DNA of 32,000 bases. Origin: an uncultured Actinomycetes bacterium (GTDB lineage Bacteria > Actinomycetota > Thermoleophilia > Solirubrobacterales > 70-9). The notes under the pieces were generated by a model. It was given only the letters and a program-made list of their open reading frames with translations, did not search any database and was not told the origin of the DNA. The DNA lies in the NCBI GenBank assembly GCA_963704635.1, contig OY969925.1:1136761-1168760 (forward strand). The letters run 5' to 3'. The stretch's first letter is position 1, and every line of letters starts with the position of its first letter. Both the position numbers and the translations under genes were made by a program. This document shows, piece after piece, positions 18,266 through 27,852 of the stretch.

Positions 18266-18781
18266 ATGGGCCCGATCAGTACCGAGATTGAGATCGACGT
18301 TCGCCGCGAGGAGGTCTTCGCGGCGCTCGCCGACCTTTCGATCCGGCCCTCTTTCACTGATCATTTCCTCAGCGGCTTTCACCTTCTCCGGATCGACCCC
18401 GTTGGGATCGGCGCCGGGGCCCGGTTCCGAGCGATGGGCCCGCTGCGCTCGGTCTGGATGGACACCACGATCGTCGCCACCGACGAGCCATTCCAGATCG
18501 TCGAGGAGGGGCGGGGCGGGCGCACCAACCGGATCGCCAACCACACCGTCTGGGAGCTGACCGAGTCGCATGGTGGCTTGACCGCGGTACGGGTCAGCCA
18601 CTGGACTGAGCCCGGCGCCCTCGACCGCGGCCTCGAGCTGCTGAGCGCCGGTTCGCACTGGCAGGCCCGCGGCTGGCGCGAGGCGCTGCGTCGCCTGCGC
18701 GACCGGCTCGAGTCCGACCAGCAGCCCGCCGACCCGGTCGCCGTCGCCGGCGGCAACCGGTTCGCGACGGGCATCCCCTAG
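18266..18781 (+). CDS. SRPBCC (START/polyketide cyclase-like) domain protein
   Basis: From ATG 18266 the protein reads MGPISTEIEIDVRREEVFAALADLSIRPSFTDHF, which is typical of Polyketide_cyc2-like proteins. A TAGAAT -10-like hexamer lies at 18250-18255. Confidence 0.7.
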   Translation: MGPISTEIEIDVRREEVFAALADLSIRPSFTDHFLSGFHLLRIDPVGIGAGARFRAMGPLRSVWMDTTIVATDEPFQIVEEGRGGRTNRIANHTVWELTESHGGLTAVRVSHWTEPGALDRGLELLSAGSHWQARGWREALRRLRDRLESDQQPADPVAVAGGNRFATGIP

Positions 18782-18805
18782 TCACATATAGACTCCGCGC
18801 CGCCG

Positions 18806-19360
18806 ATGCCCCAGCACCGCCGCCCACTGCTGTCGCTGCTCGCCCTCGTCGCGCTGCTCGCGCTCGTTGTCGGGGTCTCTGCCTGCGGCTATGAGAACGA
18901 CTCCAAGCATGTGGAGGAGGGCGTGCCGATGCAGCTCGGCGAGCTGCACTACAACGCTCTTTTCTCCCGCTACCTCAACCCCAACGATTCCGAGGACGAG
19001 GCCTATCTCGTCGGCCAGCCGGAACCGCCGAAAGGCGAAAGCTACTTCGGGGTCTTCTTCGAGGTCCAGAACGAAAGCGACGAGCCGCATTTCCTGCCGA
19101 CGACGCTGACGATCACCGACATCGACGAGAACGAGTTCGAGGTGCTCGAGAGCGAGAGCATCTTCGCCCTCCCGCTCGGCGGCGAAGTCGAAGCCGAAGA
19201 ACAGGTCCCGAAACTCGACACCGCCGCCCAGCTCGGCGCTATCGAGGGCTCGCTGGCGCTCTTCCTGCTGCCGGAATCAGCCTCTGAGAACCGGCCGCTC
19301 ACCCTCCACATCCCCGGTGTGGATGGCGAGGAGGGCGGCGAGGTGACGCTCGACCTCTAG
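18806..19360 (+). CDS. lipoprotein (possibly DUF4352-like Ig-fold)
   Basis: The signal peptide has a lipobox (LLALVVGVSAC). The mature part contains YFGVFFEVQNESDEP, a pattern that resembles DUF4352-type lipoproteins. Confidence 0.65.
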   Translation: MPQHRRPLLSLLALVALLALVVGVSACGYENDSKHVEEGVPMQLGELHYNALFSRYLNPNDSEDEAYLVGQPEPPKGESYFGVFFEVQNESDEPHFLPTTLTITDIDENEFEVLESESIFALPLGGEVEAEEQVPKLDTAAQLGAIEGSLALFLLPESASENRPLTLHIPGVDGEEGGEVTLDL

Positions 19361-19379
19361 GGTCGCGCCGCCGCCGGGC

Positions 19380-21114
19380 TCAGAGCCCGGCCGAGAGAAC
19401 TTCCGAGGCGATCGGCGCGGCGACTTCGCCGCCCGCGGCTTCCGCTTCGATCAGCATCACCCCGACCGCCAGGCGCGGCTTCTTCGCCGGGGCGAAAGCG
19501 GTGAACCAAGCGTCCTTGATCTGGACCGGGTTTTCTTTGTTCTCTTCGCCCGGCTTCGGCCCCAGCTCGGCGGTGCCGGTCTTGCCGGCGACCTGGGCCT
19601 CGGTTATGGCGCCGGCGGTGCCGGTCCCTTCGACCACGACGCCGATCATCAGGTCGGTCAGTTCCTCGGCGGTCTGCTTCGACATCACCTGCACCGGGTC
19701 GGCGTCGGGCCGCAGCTTCTTGTTGACCACGATCGAGGTTGGTTCGCGGACGCCGTCGTTGGCGACCGTCTGCGCCACGCTCGCCATCTCCAGCGGCGTC
19801 GCCAGCACTTCGCCCTGGCCGATGGCCGAGACGCCGAGGTCGATTTCTTCGCCGATCTCGGTCGGGATCGTCGATTCTTCGGGGTCGACTTCCTGGACGA
19901 TCCGCGGCTGGTAGAGAGTCAGCGGCGAGTTGAAGCCGAAGCTTTCCGCGGTCTCGACCAGCTTGTCGTTGCCGACCGCGGGTCCGAGCGGGGCGAAGAC
20001 CGCGTTGCACGACTCGGCGAACGATTCCGCGAAGGTGCCGCCGCAGAACTCGCCGTTGGCGTTGTTGAGGAAGCGGCCGCCGACGTTGACCCCGTCGGTA
20101 ATTTCGAATTCGTCGTCGAGGCTGACCTCGCCGGCTTCCAGCGCGGCGACCGTGGTGACGATCTTGAAGGTCGAGCCGGGGGGCTGGGGGGCGGAGAAGG
20201 CCTGTCCGGCGAGGGCCCGCACGTCGCCGTTGCGCGCGTCGAGCACCGCGACTCCCCCGGGGCGGCCGGCCAGCGCCGCCACCGCCGACTCCTGCAGGCC
20301 GGGGTCGATCGTCGTCTTCACCGGCGCCCCCGATTTCGGCTTCGTCTTCGCCAGGGTGCGGACCGAGCTGCCGTCGGCGGTGACCGCGACCAGCGAGCCG
20401 CCGGGCTTGCCGGCGAGTCGGTCGTTGAAGGCGCGCTCGATGCCGCTGATCCCGACCGGGGTTTCCGGTGGGAAGCCGTGGCGGGCGAGGCGGGCGAGTT
20501 CTTCTTCGTCGGCTTCGCCGATTTCGCCGGTGACATCGACCGCGGCGGTGCCGAGCGGGTGTTCCCGTTCCTGGGCCGGTCCTTCGGCCAGCACACTGCC
20601 GTCGCGGGCGAAAATCGGCGCCCGTTCGGCGAGCTCGACGTCGGCGGCGAGCTCCTCGCCGGTTTCCAGGCCGGGGAAGGCGAGGCTCGGGTCCCAGGTG
20701 ATGCCGCCGTCGGCGTAGGGCAGCTCGACCACCGCTTCGACCGCGCCGAAGGCGACCGTCCCGATCGCCATCTCGACCGGGACCACCTTGGCGCCGTCGC
20801 TCTCGGCCGCGTCGCCGGCCGAGCCGGCCTGGATCGTCCGCGCCGTCGCCACCAGTTCGGCTTCGCGATAGGCGGCTTCGAAGGCCTTGCGGTCGACCTG
20901 CCCCCGCGAGGCTTCGTTCAGCTCCCCGTACATGCCCTGGAAGTCGCGCGCTTCCCAGGCTTCGGCGAAGCGGTTGGCGGCGTCCTTCTCGGGCGATCCC
21001 GGCGATCCCTGTGACGACGCCGAAGACGAAGGCGAGCAGGGCGATGACCGCCAGCGGCAGGGCGCGGGTGACGAGGCGGCGGCGGCGCTCCGCCTCAGAG
21101 GGGAAAGAACTCAC
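19380..21114 (-). pseudogene. class B penicillin-binding protein (NTF2-like MecA_N domain + transpeptidase), one frame break near 20990-21000
   Basis: The transpeptidase motifs STFK (SxxK), SCN (SxN) and KTGTA (KTG) lie in frame 19380-20933. The N-terminal cytoplasmic tail and TM helix (RRRRLVTRALPLAVIALLAFVFGVVTGIAG) lie in another frame (21114 to about 20995). Removing a single nucleotide joins GIAG to SPEKDAANRFAEAWEARDFQGMYGEL. Confidence 0.85.
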
Positions 21115-21170
21115 CGGCGAAAGGTAATGGAGGTAGGGGAGGGATTCCCGGGCATGCTTCTATTCATCGG

Positions 21171-22316
21171 GTGACCGTGTTGGACTGGGCGATCCTCGCC
21201 TTCACCTTCGCCCTCGCCATCTGGGGTTACCGGCAGGGGTTGATCGTCGGCGCGCTTACCCTCGTCGGGTTCGCTCTCGGGGCGTTCGCCGGTAGCCGGA
21301 TCGCGCCGCTGCTGCTGAGCAAGGGCTCGCATTCGCCCTACGCGCCGCTCTTCGCCGCGCTCGGGGCGCTGCTGGTCGGGGCGCTGATGGCGGTGACGGT
21401 CGAGAGCTTCGCCCTCGGGTTGCGGGAAAGGTTCGTCCGCCGCTCGTTTCTCCGGACCGCCGACGGGGCGGGTGGGGCGGTGCTGATCGCCGCTGTCGCC
21501 CTCGGCCTCGCCTGGATCTTCGGCGCCGTCCTCCTCCACGCGCCCTCGACCGTCCAGCTGCGCGCCAACATCCAGCAGTCGGCGATCCTCCGCGGCCTCA
21601 ACGACGTGCTGCCGCCATCGGGGCCGCTCCTCAACGCGCTCGACCGGGTCGATCCCTCGCCGACCGTGTTCGGCCCCGCCGCCCCGGTCGCGGCCCCCGA
21701 CGCGAAGATCGCCTCCGACCCGCAGGTGCTCGAAGCCGGCGACTCGGTCGTCCGCGTGCTCAGCACCGCCTGCGGGCTGGGGATCGAGGGGTCGGGCTGG
21801 GCGGTCGAACCGGGGGTGATCGTCACCAACGCCCACGTGATCGCCGGCTCCGACGACACCACCGTCACCACCCAGGACGGGACCGAGCTCGACGCCACCC
21901 CGATCTACTACCAGCCGCGCCGCGACCTGGCGCTGCTGCAGGTGGGGACGTCGCTGCCGTCGCTGCCGGTCAGCTCGCGGCGCAAGGTCGGCGAGGATGC
22001 CGCCGTCCTCGGCTATCCTGAAAACGGTCCCTACGCCCTCTCCCCGGCGCGGATCGGTGAGACCCGCGAGACGATCAGCGAGGACTCCTACGGCAACGGT
22101 CCGATCGAACGGACCATCGTTGCCCTCAGCGGCGACGTGCGCAGCGGCAACTCGGGCGGGCCGCTGGTCGACCCGCGTGGCGACGTCGTCGGCACCGTCT
22201 TTGCCGCGACCACCAGCGGCACTCGTGGGGGATTCGCGATTCCGGCTGAGCAGGTGGAGGAGGCTCTGGGGCGGGTCGATCTCGATGGTGTGGATACCGG
22301 GCCCTGCACGGCCTGA
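21171..22316 (+). CDS. CvpA-family membrane domain fused to trypsin-like serine protease (MarP / Rv3671c-like)
   Basis: Four N-terminal TM helices are followed by a chymotrypsin-fold domain with the catalytic triad contexts TNAHV, RDLALL and GNSGGPL. Confidence 0.85.
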   Translation: MTVLDWAILAFTFALAIWGYRQGLIVGALTLVGFALGAFAGSRIAPLLLSKGSHSPYAPLFAALGALLVGALMAVTVESFALGLRERFVRRSFLRTADGAGGAVLIAAVALGLAWIFGAVLLHAPSTVQLRANIQQSAILRGLNDVLPPSGPLLNALDRVDPSPTVFGPAAPVAAPDAKIASDPQVLEAGDSVVRVLSTACGLGIEGSGWAVEPGVIVTNAHVIAGSDDTTVTTQDGTELDATPIYYQPRRDLALLQVGTSLPSLPVSSRRKVGEDAAVLGYPENGPYALSPARIGETRETISEDSYGNGPIERTIVALSGDVRSGNSGGPLVDPRGDVVGTVFAATTSGTRGGFAIPAEQVEEALGRVDLDGVDTGPCTA

Positions 22317-22327
22317 GTGGTGGCAGG

Positions 22328-22407
22328 GCGGGTCGGGTAGACCCCCTCTGGGCACATCTCGCTATGGCTCGATGTTGAGTGCCCCGAGGGGGTCTACCCG
22401 ACCCCGC
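22328..22407. repeat. about 80-bp palindromic (REP/MITE-like) element, copy A
   Basis: The 28-nt arms GCGGGTCGGGTAGACCCCCTCTGGGCAC and GTGCCCCGAGGGGGTCTACCCGACCCCGC flank the core ATCTCGCTATGGCTCGATGTTGA. The element starts 11 nt after the protease stop codon. A second copy lies at 24807-24886 in the opposite orientation. Confidence 0.75.
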
Positions 22408-22417
22408 TGGCCCGTCA

Positions 22418-22432
22418 CTTACGTTCGGTAAG
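22418..22432. promoter_or_regulatory. small inverted repeat CTTAC-GTTCG-GTAAG upstream of hxlR-family gene (candidate operator)
   Basis: The 5-bp arms are perfect and the repeat ends 10 nt before ATG 22443. HxlR-type regulators are commonly autoregulated through palindromic operators. Confidence 0.25.
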
Positions 22433-22442
22433 CTCGGTCGCG

Positions 22443-22793
22443 ATGGAGCAGATTGCTTCGACTCAGGGCCAGGGAGAGGTGAAGGGGGCGGTTTGTCCGC
22501 ACTTTCACTGCGCTATCGAGCTGATTGGGAAGCGGTGGACGGGGGCGATTGTTTGTGCTCTGACCGAGCGGCCGATGAGGTATGGGGAGCTGGGGAAGGC
22601 GGTTCCGGGGCTTTCTGATCGGCTTCTCTCCCAGCGCTTGCGTGAGCTGGAGGAAGAAGGGTTGGTTGAGCGTCAGGTCGAAGCTGGAACGCCGGTGCGC
22701 GTCACTTACTCGCTGACCGCGGTCGGGCAGGAACTGGACCCGGTCCTCAGCGAGCTGAAGTCTTGGGCCAAGGTGTGGAAGAAAGCCAGCTGA
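22443..22793 (+). CDS. HxlR-family transcriptional regulator
   Basis: The 116-aa ORF has the CP..........GKRW motif (CPHFHCAIELIGKRWTGAIV) and LLSQRLRELEEEGLVER, typical of HxlR wHTH proteins. Confidence 0.9.
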   Translation: MEQIASTQGQGEVKGAVCPHFHCAIELIGKRWTGAIVCALTERPMRYGELGKAVPGLSDRLLSQRLRELEEEGLVERQVEAGTPVRVTYSLTAVGQELDPVLSELKSWAKVWKKAS

Positions 22794-24101
22794 GCCCAGC
22801 GAGCGCCGGGCCGCAGCTCCCCGGCCCTTTCGCTGTCGGCCGTTACGCGCGCAAGCTCCAGGAGGAGATGCGCAAACGGGCGCGGGTGCAGCTGATCGGC
22901 GAGGTGACCGGGGTCAGCCGCAGCAAGGTCCAGGCCTACTTCGAGCTGCGCGACGGCGAGGGCGCGGTCCCCTGCGTGATCTGGCTCAACGACCTCGAGA
23001 AGGCGGGGCTTGGCGACGGCGCCCTGCGTGACGGGGCCGAAGTGGTTATCTCCGGCGGGCCCGGACTACTACCCCGGCGGCGGCCAGGCCTCGCCGAGCT
23101 TCTCCTTCCGCGCCACGCACGTGCGGCTGGCCGGCGAAGGTGACCTGATCGCCCGCCTCGAGGCGCTGCGCAAGCAACTGCGCGCCGAGGGCCTTTTCGA
23201 GCTGCAGAAGCAGCTGGCGCGACCGCTGCTGCCGAAGGCGATCGGGGTCGTCACCGCGGAGCGGGGCGCGGCCCGCCGCGATCTCTGCGCCGGCCTCCAG
23301 CGGCGCGGCTGGGGCGGCTCGGTGGTCTGGGCCTTCGCCCCGGTCCAGGACCGCCACGCGGCGCCGGCGATCGGGAGGGCGCTGCAGGACCTGGCGGCAC
23401 GGCCGGAGGTGGAGGCGATCGTCGTCACCCGCGGCGGCGGCAGCCTCGCCGACCTCTGGGCCTTCTGCGACGAGACCCTTTGCCGCACGGTGGCGATGCT
23501 GCGGGTGCCGGTGGTCAGCGCCGTCGGTCACGAGCGCGACAGCACCCTGATCGACGACGTCGCCGCGGTCGCCTGCTCGACCCCGACCCACGCCGCCGAG
23601 GCGGCGGTGCCGCTCGACTGCCTGGCGGCGCGCGGGCAGCCTCGAGCGCTGCGCGCTGGCGCTACGGCGGGCGGGGGAGGGGGCGATCGACGCCCGCTCC
23701 CGCCATCTCGGGGCCCTGGCGCGGGGCCCGGCGCGGGCGCTACAGCGCGAGCGCAGCAGCCTCAACCAGAAGATCCGCGAGATCCGCGCCGCCGCCGAAC
23801 GCGGGGTCGCGGACCGCGTCGCCTTCCAGCGGCGGATCGGGACGGTGGTGCTGGAGCGGGCGCGCCGGCGGCGCGCTCGAGCGCCGACATGGAGCGTCGT
23901 CGCGAGGCCCTCAAGCGGGCGGCGGTGGCGCTGCGCGCGCACGAACCCGAGCGCACCCTGGAGCGTGGCTACGCCCTGGTCGAGGGCGAGGGCGGAGAGC
24001 CGCTGATCAGCGCCGCCGAGGCGGGCGCCGCGGAGCGCATTAGCCTTCGCTTCAGCGATGGACGCATCCGAGCAAAGCCAGAGCCCGGCGATCAAGCCTG
24101 A
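22763..24101 (+). pseudogene. xseA: exodeoxyribonuclease VII large subunit, about three frame changes as given
   Basis: The OB-fold N-terminus (LIGEVTGVSRSKVQAYFELRDGEGAVPCVIW) is in frame 2. The catalytic core (IGVVTAERGAARRD, VTRGGGSLADLWAFCDE, SAVGHERD) is in frame 0. The coiled-coil part (LERCALALRRAGEGAIDARSRHLGALAR...LNQKIREIRAAAERG) is in frame 1. The tail (PERTLERGYALV...LRFSDGRI) is back in frame 0. The breaks lie near 23060-23065, 23630-23642 and 23865-23885. Confidence 0.85.
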
Positions 24102-24324
24102 GTCCTACGAGGCCGCGGTCGAGCGCCTGGAGGAGATCATCGACCGGCTCGACTCCGGCCAGTCCGGCCTGCGCGAGACGCTCGACCTCTGCAAAGAGGG
24201 CAAGGAGCTAGTCGGTTACTGCGCGGCCGAGCTCGACGAGGTCGGCGAGGGCTTGAAGGAGCTACACCTCGACGATCTCGCCGCCCGCCTCGACAGCTCC
24301 GGGGCCGGAGCAGAGACCCCTTAG
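24058..24324 (+). CDS. xseB: exodeoxyribonuclease VII small subunit
   Basis: The 88-aa ORF has the typical YEAAVERLEEIIDRLDSG helix and lies immediately after xseA, overlapping its end. Confidence 0.85.
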   Translation: MDASEQSQSPAIKPESYEAAVERLEEIIDRLDSGQSGLRETLDLCKEGKELVGYCAAELDEVGEGLKELHLDDLAARLDSSGAGAETP

Positions 24325-27300
24325 CGCCGGACAGCCCCGGCAGAGCGCCCAGTCGCGTTCCTCCGGGTCGGCGCGACCGGGAACTCGGGCTCGGTGATCC
24401 GGGCAATCGTCGCCTCCAGCTCGGCGCGGGCGGCAGCCATCTCCTCGGCGCTGAGGAGCGAGGTGGCGGGCTCGTCGGGGCGCTCGAGGAAGACGTAGGC
24501 GACCTCGACCTCCGGGGCGCCGAGCGCCTCGGCGACCGCCAGCGCGTAGATCGAGCGCTGGACCTCATAGTGGCCGGCGCGCTCGGCCGGATCGGCGCCG
24601 TCGAGGCGGTCAGTCTTGTAGTCGATCACCAACGGCGGCGCCCCGTCCCTCTCCACCAGCAGATCGATCGACCCGCGCAGAACGGTGCCACCGATCCCCA
24701 GCAGCAACGGCACCTCCGCCCGGGTCCGAATTGCTTCCGAGGCAATCTGTGCGCGAAGCGGCGAGGAAATCCAAGCGCGCACCGGTTCGAGCAGCTCCTG
24801 CACCAGCCGGGGCGGGGATCCCCTCTCAGGACACTCAACATCGAGCCATTGGCGAGATGTGTCCGGAGAGGGGATCCCCGCCCCGGCTGCATGCCGTATA
24901 GCCAACTCTGCCGTCGGCTCCGCCCAATCATTTGCCTGACTCCACTCGAGCAAGGCGTGCACGGCTGCGCCCCGGGCCGTCCGTTCTTCGCGCGCCGAGG
25001 GCTCTCCCTCGGTCCTCGGCTGCGACTCGCTCCGCGTCAGCCCCAGCACCCGCTCCATATAGAAGCGGTAGGCGCATTCGCCGTAGGCGGAGATCGCGGT
25101 GTAGGAGAGGGGGCGGCTGGGGACGATCGGCGGCTTGCGCTCGACCAGCGGCGGCGGTCCTTCGCCTAGCGCTCGCTCGCCCGCGCCCTCGCGACGCAGC
25201 TCCCGCAGCTTGGCGGCGCGCTCGGGCGAGGGGAGGTTGACCCGCACCCGGATCTCCGCGGGCTCGAACTCTGCCTCCAATCCCGGTCGCGGCTGCGGCG
25301 GCGCCACTGGCACCGTCGCGTCCTCGTCCCGCGGCACCCCCAGCGCCTCGACCAGCCGCTCGACCACCGGTCGGCCCTTCGTCTCCCGGCCCGCTTTCGG
25401 GTTGATGACCCCGCTGAGGATCAGGTGCTCGCGGGCGCGGGTGGCGGCGACGTGGAAGAGGCGCAGCTCCTCTTCGGCTTCGCGATCCTGCGCCTCCTCG
25501 CTGAGCGCGCCGTAGTCGATAGAGGTCGATCTTGGGGCTGCCGAGCCGGACCAGGCGCAGGCCGACCCGCGGCTGCTCCTCCCGCCCGATCGCCAGCAGC
25601 GGCGAGCGGTTGCCGTTGAGCAGCCGGCGCGCGAGGTCGGGGACGGCGACGACGCCGAACTCCAGCCCCTTGGCGTTGTGGACGGTCATGATCCGCACCC
25701 CGTCGTGGCCCTCAGCGGCGGTCGCGGCCTGGGCCTCGGCGTCGCCCTCGGCCCGCGCAGCGAGGAAGTCGAGCAGGCCGCGCAGGTCCCGCCCCTCGCG
25801 TTGCTCGAACTCGGCCGCCAGCCGCGCCATCTTGCGGACGTTGGCGAAGCGGGCCTCACCGGCCGGCCGGGTCAGCACCGCGAGGTCGTAGCCGGTCTCG
25901 GTCACCACCGCCTCGACCAGGGCCGGCAGCGAGAGCCGCGGCGCCGCGCTCGCGCAGCGAGGCGACGGTGGCGACGAAACGCGCCAGCAGCTCACGCTCG
26001 GCCGCCGGGATCCCCTCCAGGCGCTCAGGTTCGGTCAGCTCGGCCTCGCCGCCGCCCGCCGCCTGCTCGACCGCCGGCCAGACGTGGCGCCGCTTGCCGG
26101 CCCCCTTGCGCAGCAGCCAGAGGGTGTCGGGGGCGACGCGCGCAGGCGGGAGAGGCGAGGGCGCCGAAGAGGGCGTGGTCGTCGAGCGGGTTGGCGATCA
26201 CCGCCAGCAGGGCGCAGACGTCGGCAACCTGCTGCTGGGACCAGTAGCCGCGGCCGCCGACCACGTAGGGACGCAGGCCGGCGCGTTCGAGCGAGTCCTC
26301 GTAGGCGTCGAGGTGGGTGAAGGCGCGCAGCAGCACCACCATCTCGCCCCGCGGCACGCCGGCGTCGGCGAGCTCGCGCAGGCGCTCGGCGACGAAGCGC
26401 GCCTCGGCCAGGCAGTTGAGCGGGGTCGAGCCGTCGATCGCCGGCTCCAGCTCGATCCCCTCGCCGTCCCAGTCGTCGCGGGCGGTCAGCAGCAGCTCGA
26501 CGGCACCCTCGGCTGCCGGAGGCCCGGTGCTCCCCACCCGCAGCGGCGGTGTAGGCGCCGCCGAGCAGCGCCTCGCCGCAGAGGTTGACCGCGGCGATCA
26601 GCTCCGGCCGCGAGCGGAAGTTGCCGCTCAGCCGCATCAGCTCGGCGTCGGCGCGGCGATCGATCTCCTCGCGCCGGCGGCGGAAGACCTCGAGGTCGGC
26701 GTGGCGGAAGCCGTAGATCGACTGCAGCTCGTCGCCGACCACGACCAGCTCGGCCTTCGGCCCGCGCAGCGCCTCGATCAGCCGCAGCTGCAGCCGGTTG
26801 GTGTCCTGGAACTCGTCGACGAGGATCTGGCGGAAGCGCGAGCGGTAGTGCTCGCCGATCTCGGCCCGCTCCAGCAGGCGCGCGGCGAGAATCTGCAGGT
26901 CCTCGAAGTCGATCCCGGCCCGCCGTTCCTTCGCCGCCTCGAAGCGGGCGGAGAAGAGCTCCAGCAGCTCGGCCAGGTGGCCGTAGACGACGCCGCCCTC
27001 GCCCGCCTCCGCGAGCCGCGCGACCGCCGCGTCGACCGCCTCCCTGTATGGGGCGAGCGGCCTTCGACTTGCTTGTCGGTGGCCAGCGCCAGCAGCTCGT
27101 CGAGGCCGGGTTTCGCTCCCGGCGCCGCGAGCAGCGCCAGCGCCCGCTCGAGCAGCTCGCGTTCGGTTTCCGCCCGCTTGCCGTTGCTCTCCTTCAGCTC
27201 CGCCAGGCACTCGCTCGGCGGCGGTCGATCGACCGCTCGCAGCGCCGCCTCGCGGGTCGGGCCGGGGCGGCTCGGGCAGCCGCGGGTCGGCGATGCCGCG

Positions 27301-27852
27301 GCTGCGCAGCTCGTCGTGGACGGCGGCGATCATCGCCCGCAGCCCTTCGAGGTCGATAGGCGGCGACGGTCTCCTCGCGGGCCGGGTCGCCCGCCGGCGA
27401 GGAACTCGACCAGCGCGTCGTCGAAGGCCTCGCGCGCGGCGCGCGCCGTCTCCGGCGCGTCGAGCACGCGGAAGCCGGGATCGACCCCGGCGGCGACCGG
27501 GTGGGCGGCGAGGACGCGGTTGCAGAAGCCGTGGATCGTCGTCACCCAGGCACCGCCGATCCCGGCCAGGGCCGCTCGCCGCGCGCTCCGAACCGCGCTC
27601 GGCCCGCCGCGCCAGCTCGGCCCGGATCCGCTGCCGCAGCTCGGCCGCGGCCTTGTCGGTGAAGGTGAAGGCGAGGATCGCGTCGGGAGGGAGGCCGCTG
27701 TCGCAGACGAGGCGGCAGTAGCGGTCGACCATCACCCCGGTCTTGCCGGTCCCGGCGCCGGCCTCGAGCAGGACGTCGCGGCCGCGGACGGCGATCGCCG
27801 CGGCCTGCTCGGGGGTCGGCTCGCGCGCCGGCGCCACCTGCTCGGCGCTCAT
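24321..27852 (-). pseudogene. addA: AddA/RecB-type UvrD-family helicase with C-terminal PD-(D/E)XK nuclease, heavily frame-broken as given
   Basis: Conserved pieces found across frames:
- Start MSAEQ..., with Walker A LEAGAGTGKTGV.
- TTIHGFCNRVL.
- ILVDEFQDTN.
- VVGDELQSIYGFRHAD.
- LSGNFRSRPELI.
- IMTVHNAKGLEFGVVAV.
- RLFHVAATRAREHLILSG.
- Nuclease motifs VHALLE, GSIDLLV and VIDYKTD.

Manual tracing needs at least about nine frame switches across the ORF pieces 26035-28590, 27330-27545, 26025-26537, 24928-25995 and 24321-25367. Confidence 0.85.
24807..24886. repeat. about 80-bp palindromic (REP/MITE-like) element, copy B, inside the addA coding sequence
   Basis: The arms CCGGGGCGGGGATCCCCTCTCAGGACAC and GTGTCCGGAGAGGGGATCCCCGCCCCGG have one mismatch. 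The core TCAACATCGAGCCATTGGCGAGAT is the reverse complement of the copy A core apart from 1-2 differences. The element is translated in frame as AGAGIPSPDTSRQWLDVECPERGSPPR. Confidence 0.75.

Noticed and set aside
19357-21114. A 585-aa minus-strand ORF that would be the longest reading of the PBP locus.
   Set aside because: Only its first 40 or so residues (tail plus TM helix) look genuine. The rest is Arg/Gly/Pro junk, whereas the overlapping frame 19380-20933 carries the SxxK, SxN and KTG motifs. I treated the locus as one frame-broken PBP gene.
22088-22618. Short ORFs beginning MPRGGLPDP or MCPEGVYPTRP on both strands around 22330-22410.
   Set aside because: They arise from reading the two arms of the palindromic element in either direction, so they are not independent genes.
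24058-24101. The 44-nt overlap between the xseA end and the xseB start, considered as evidence of mis-annotation or a gene fusion.
   Set aside because: The xseA C-terminus (LRFSDGRI...) and the xseB N-terminus both look normal. The overlap may simply reflect an uncertain xseB start or the indel problems in xseA.
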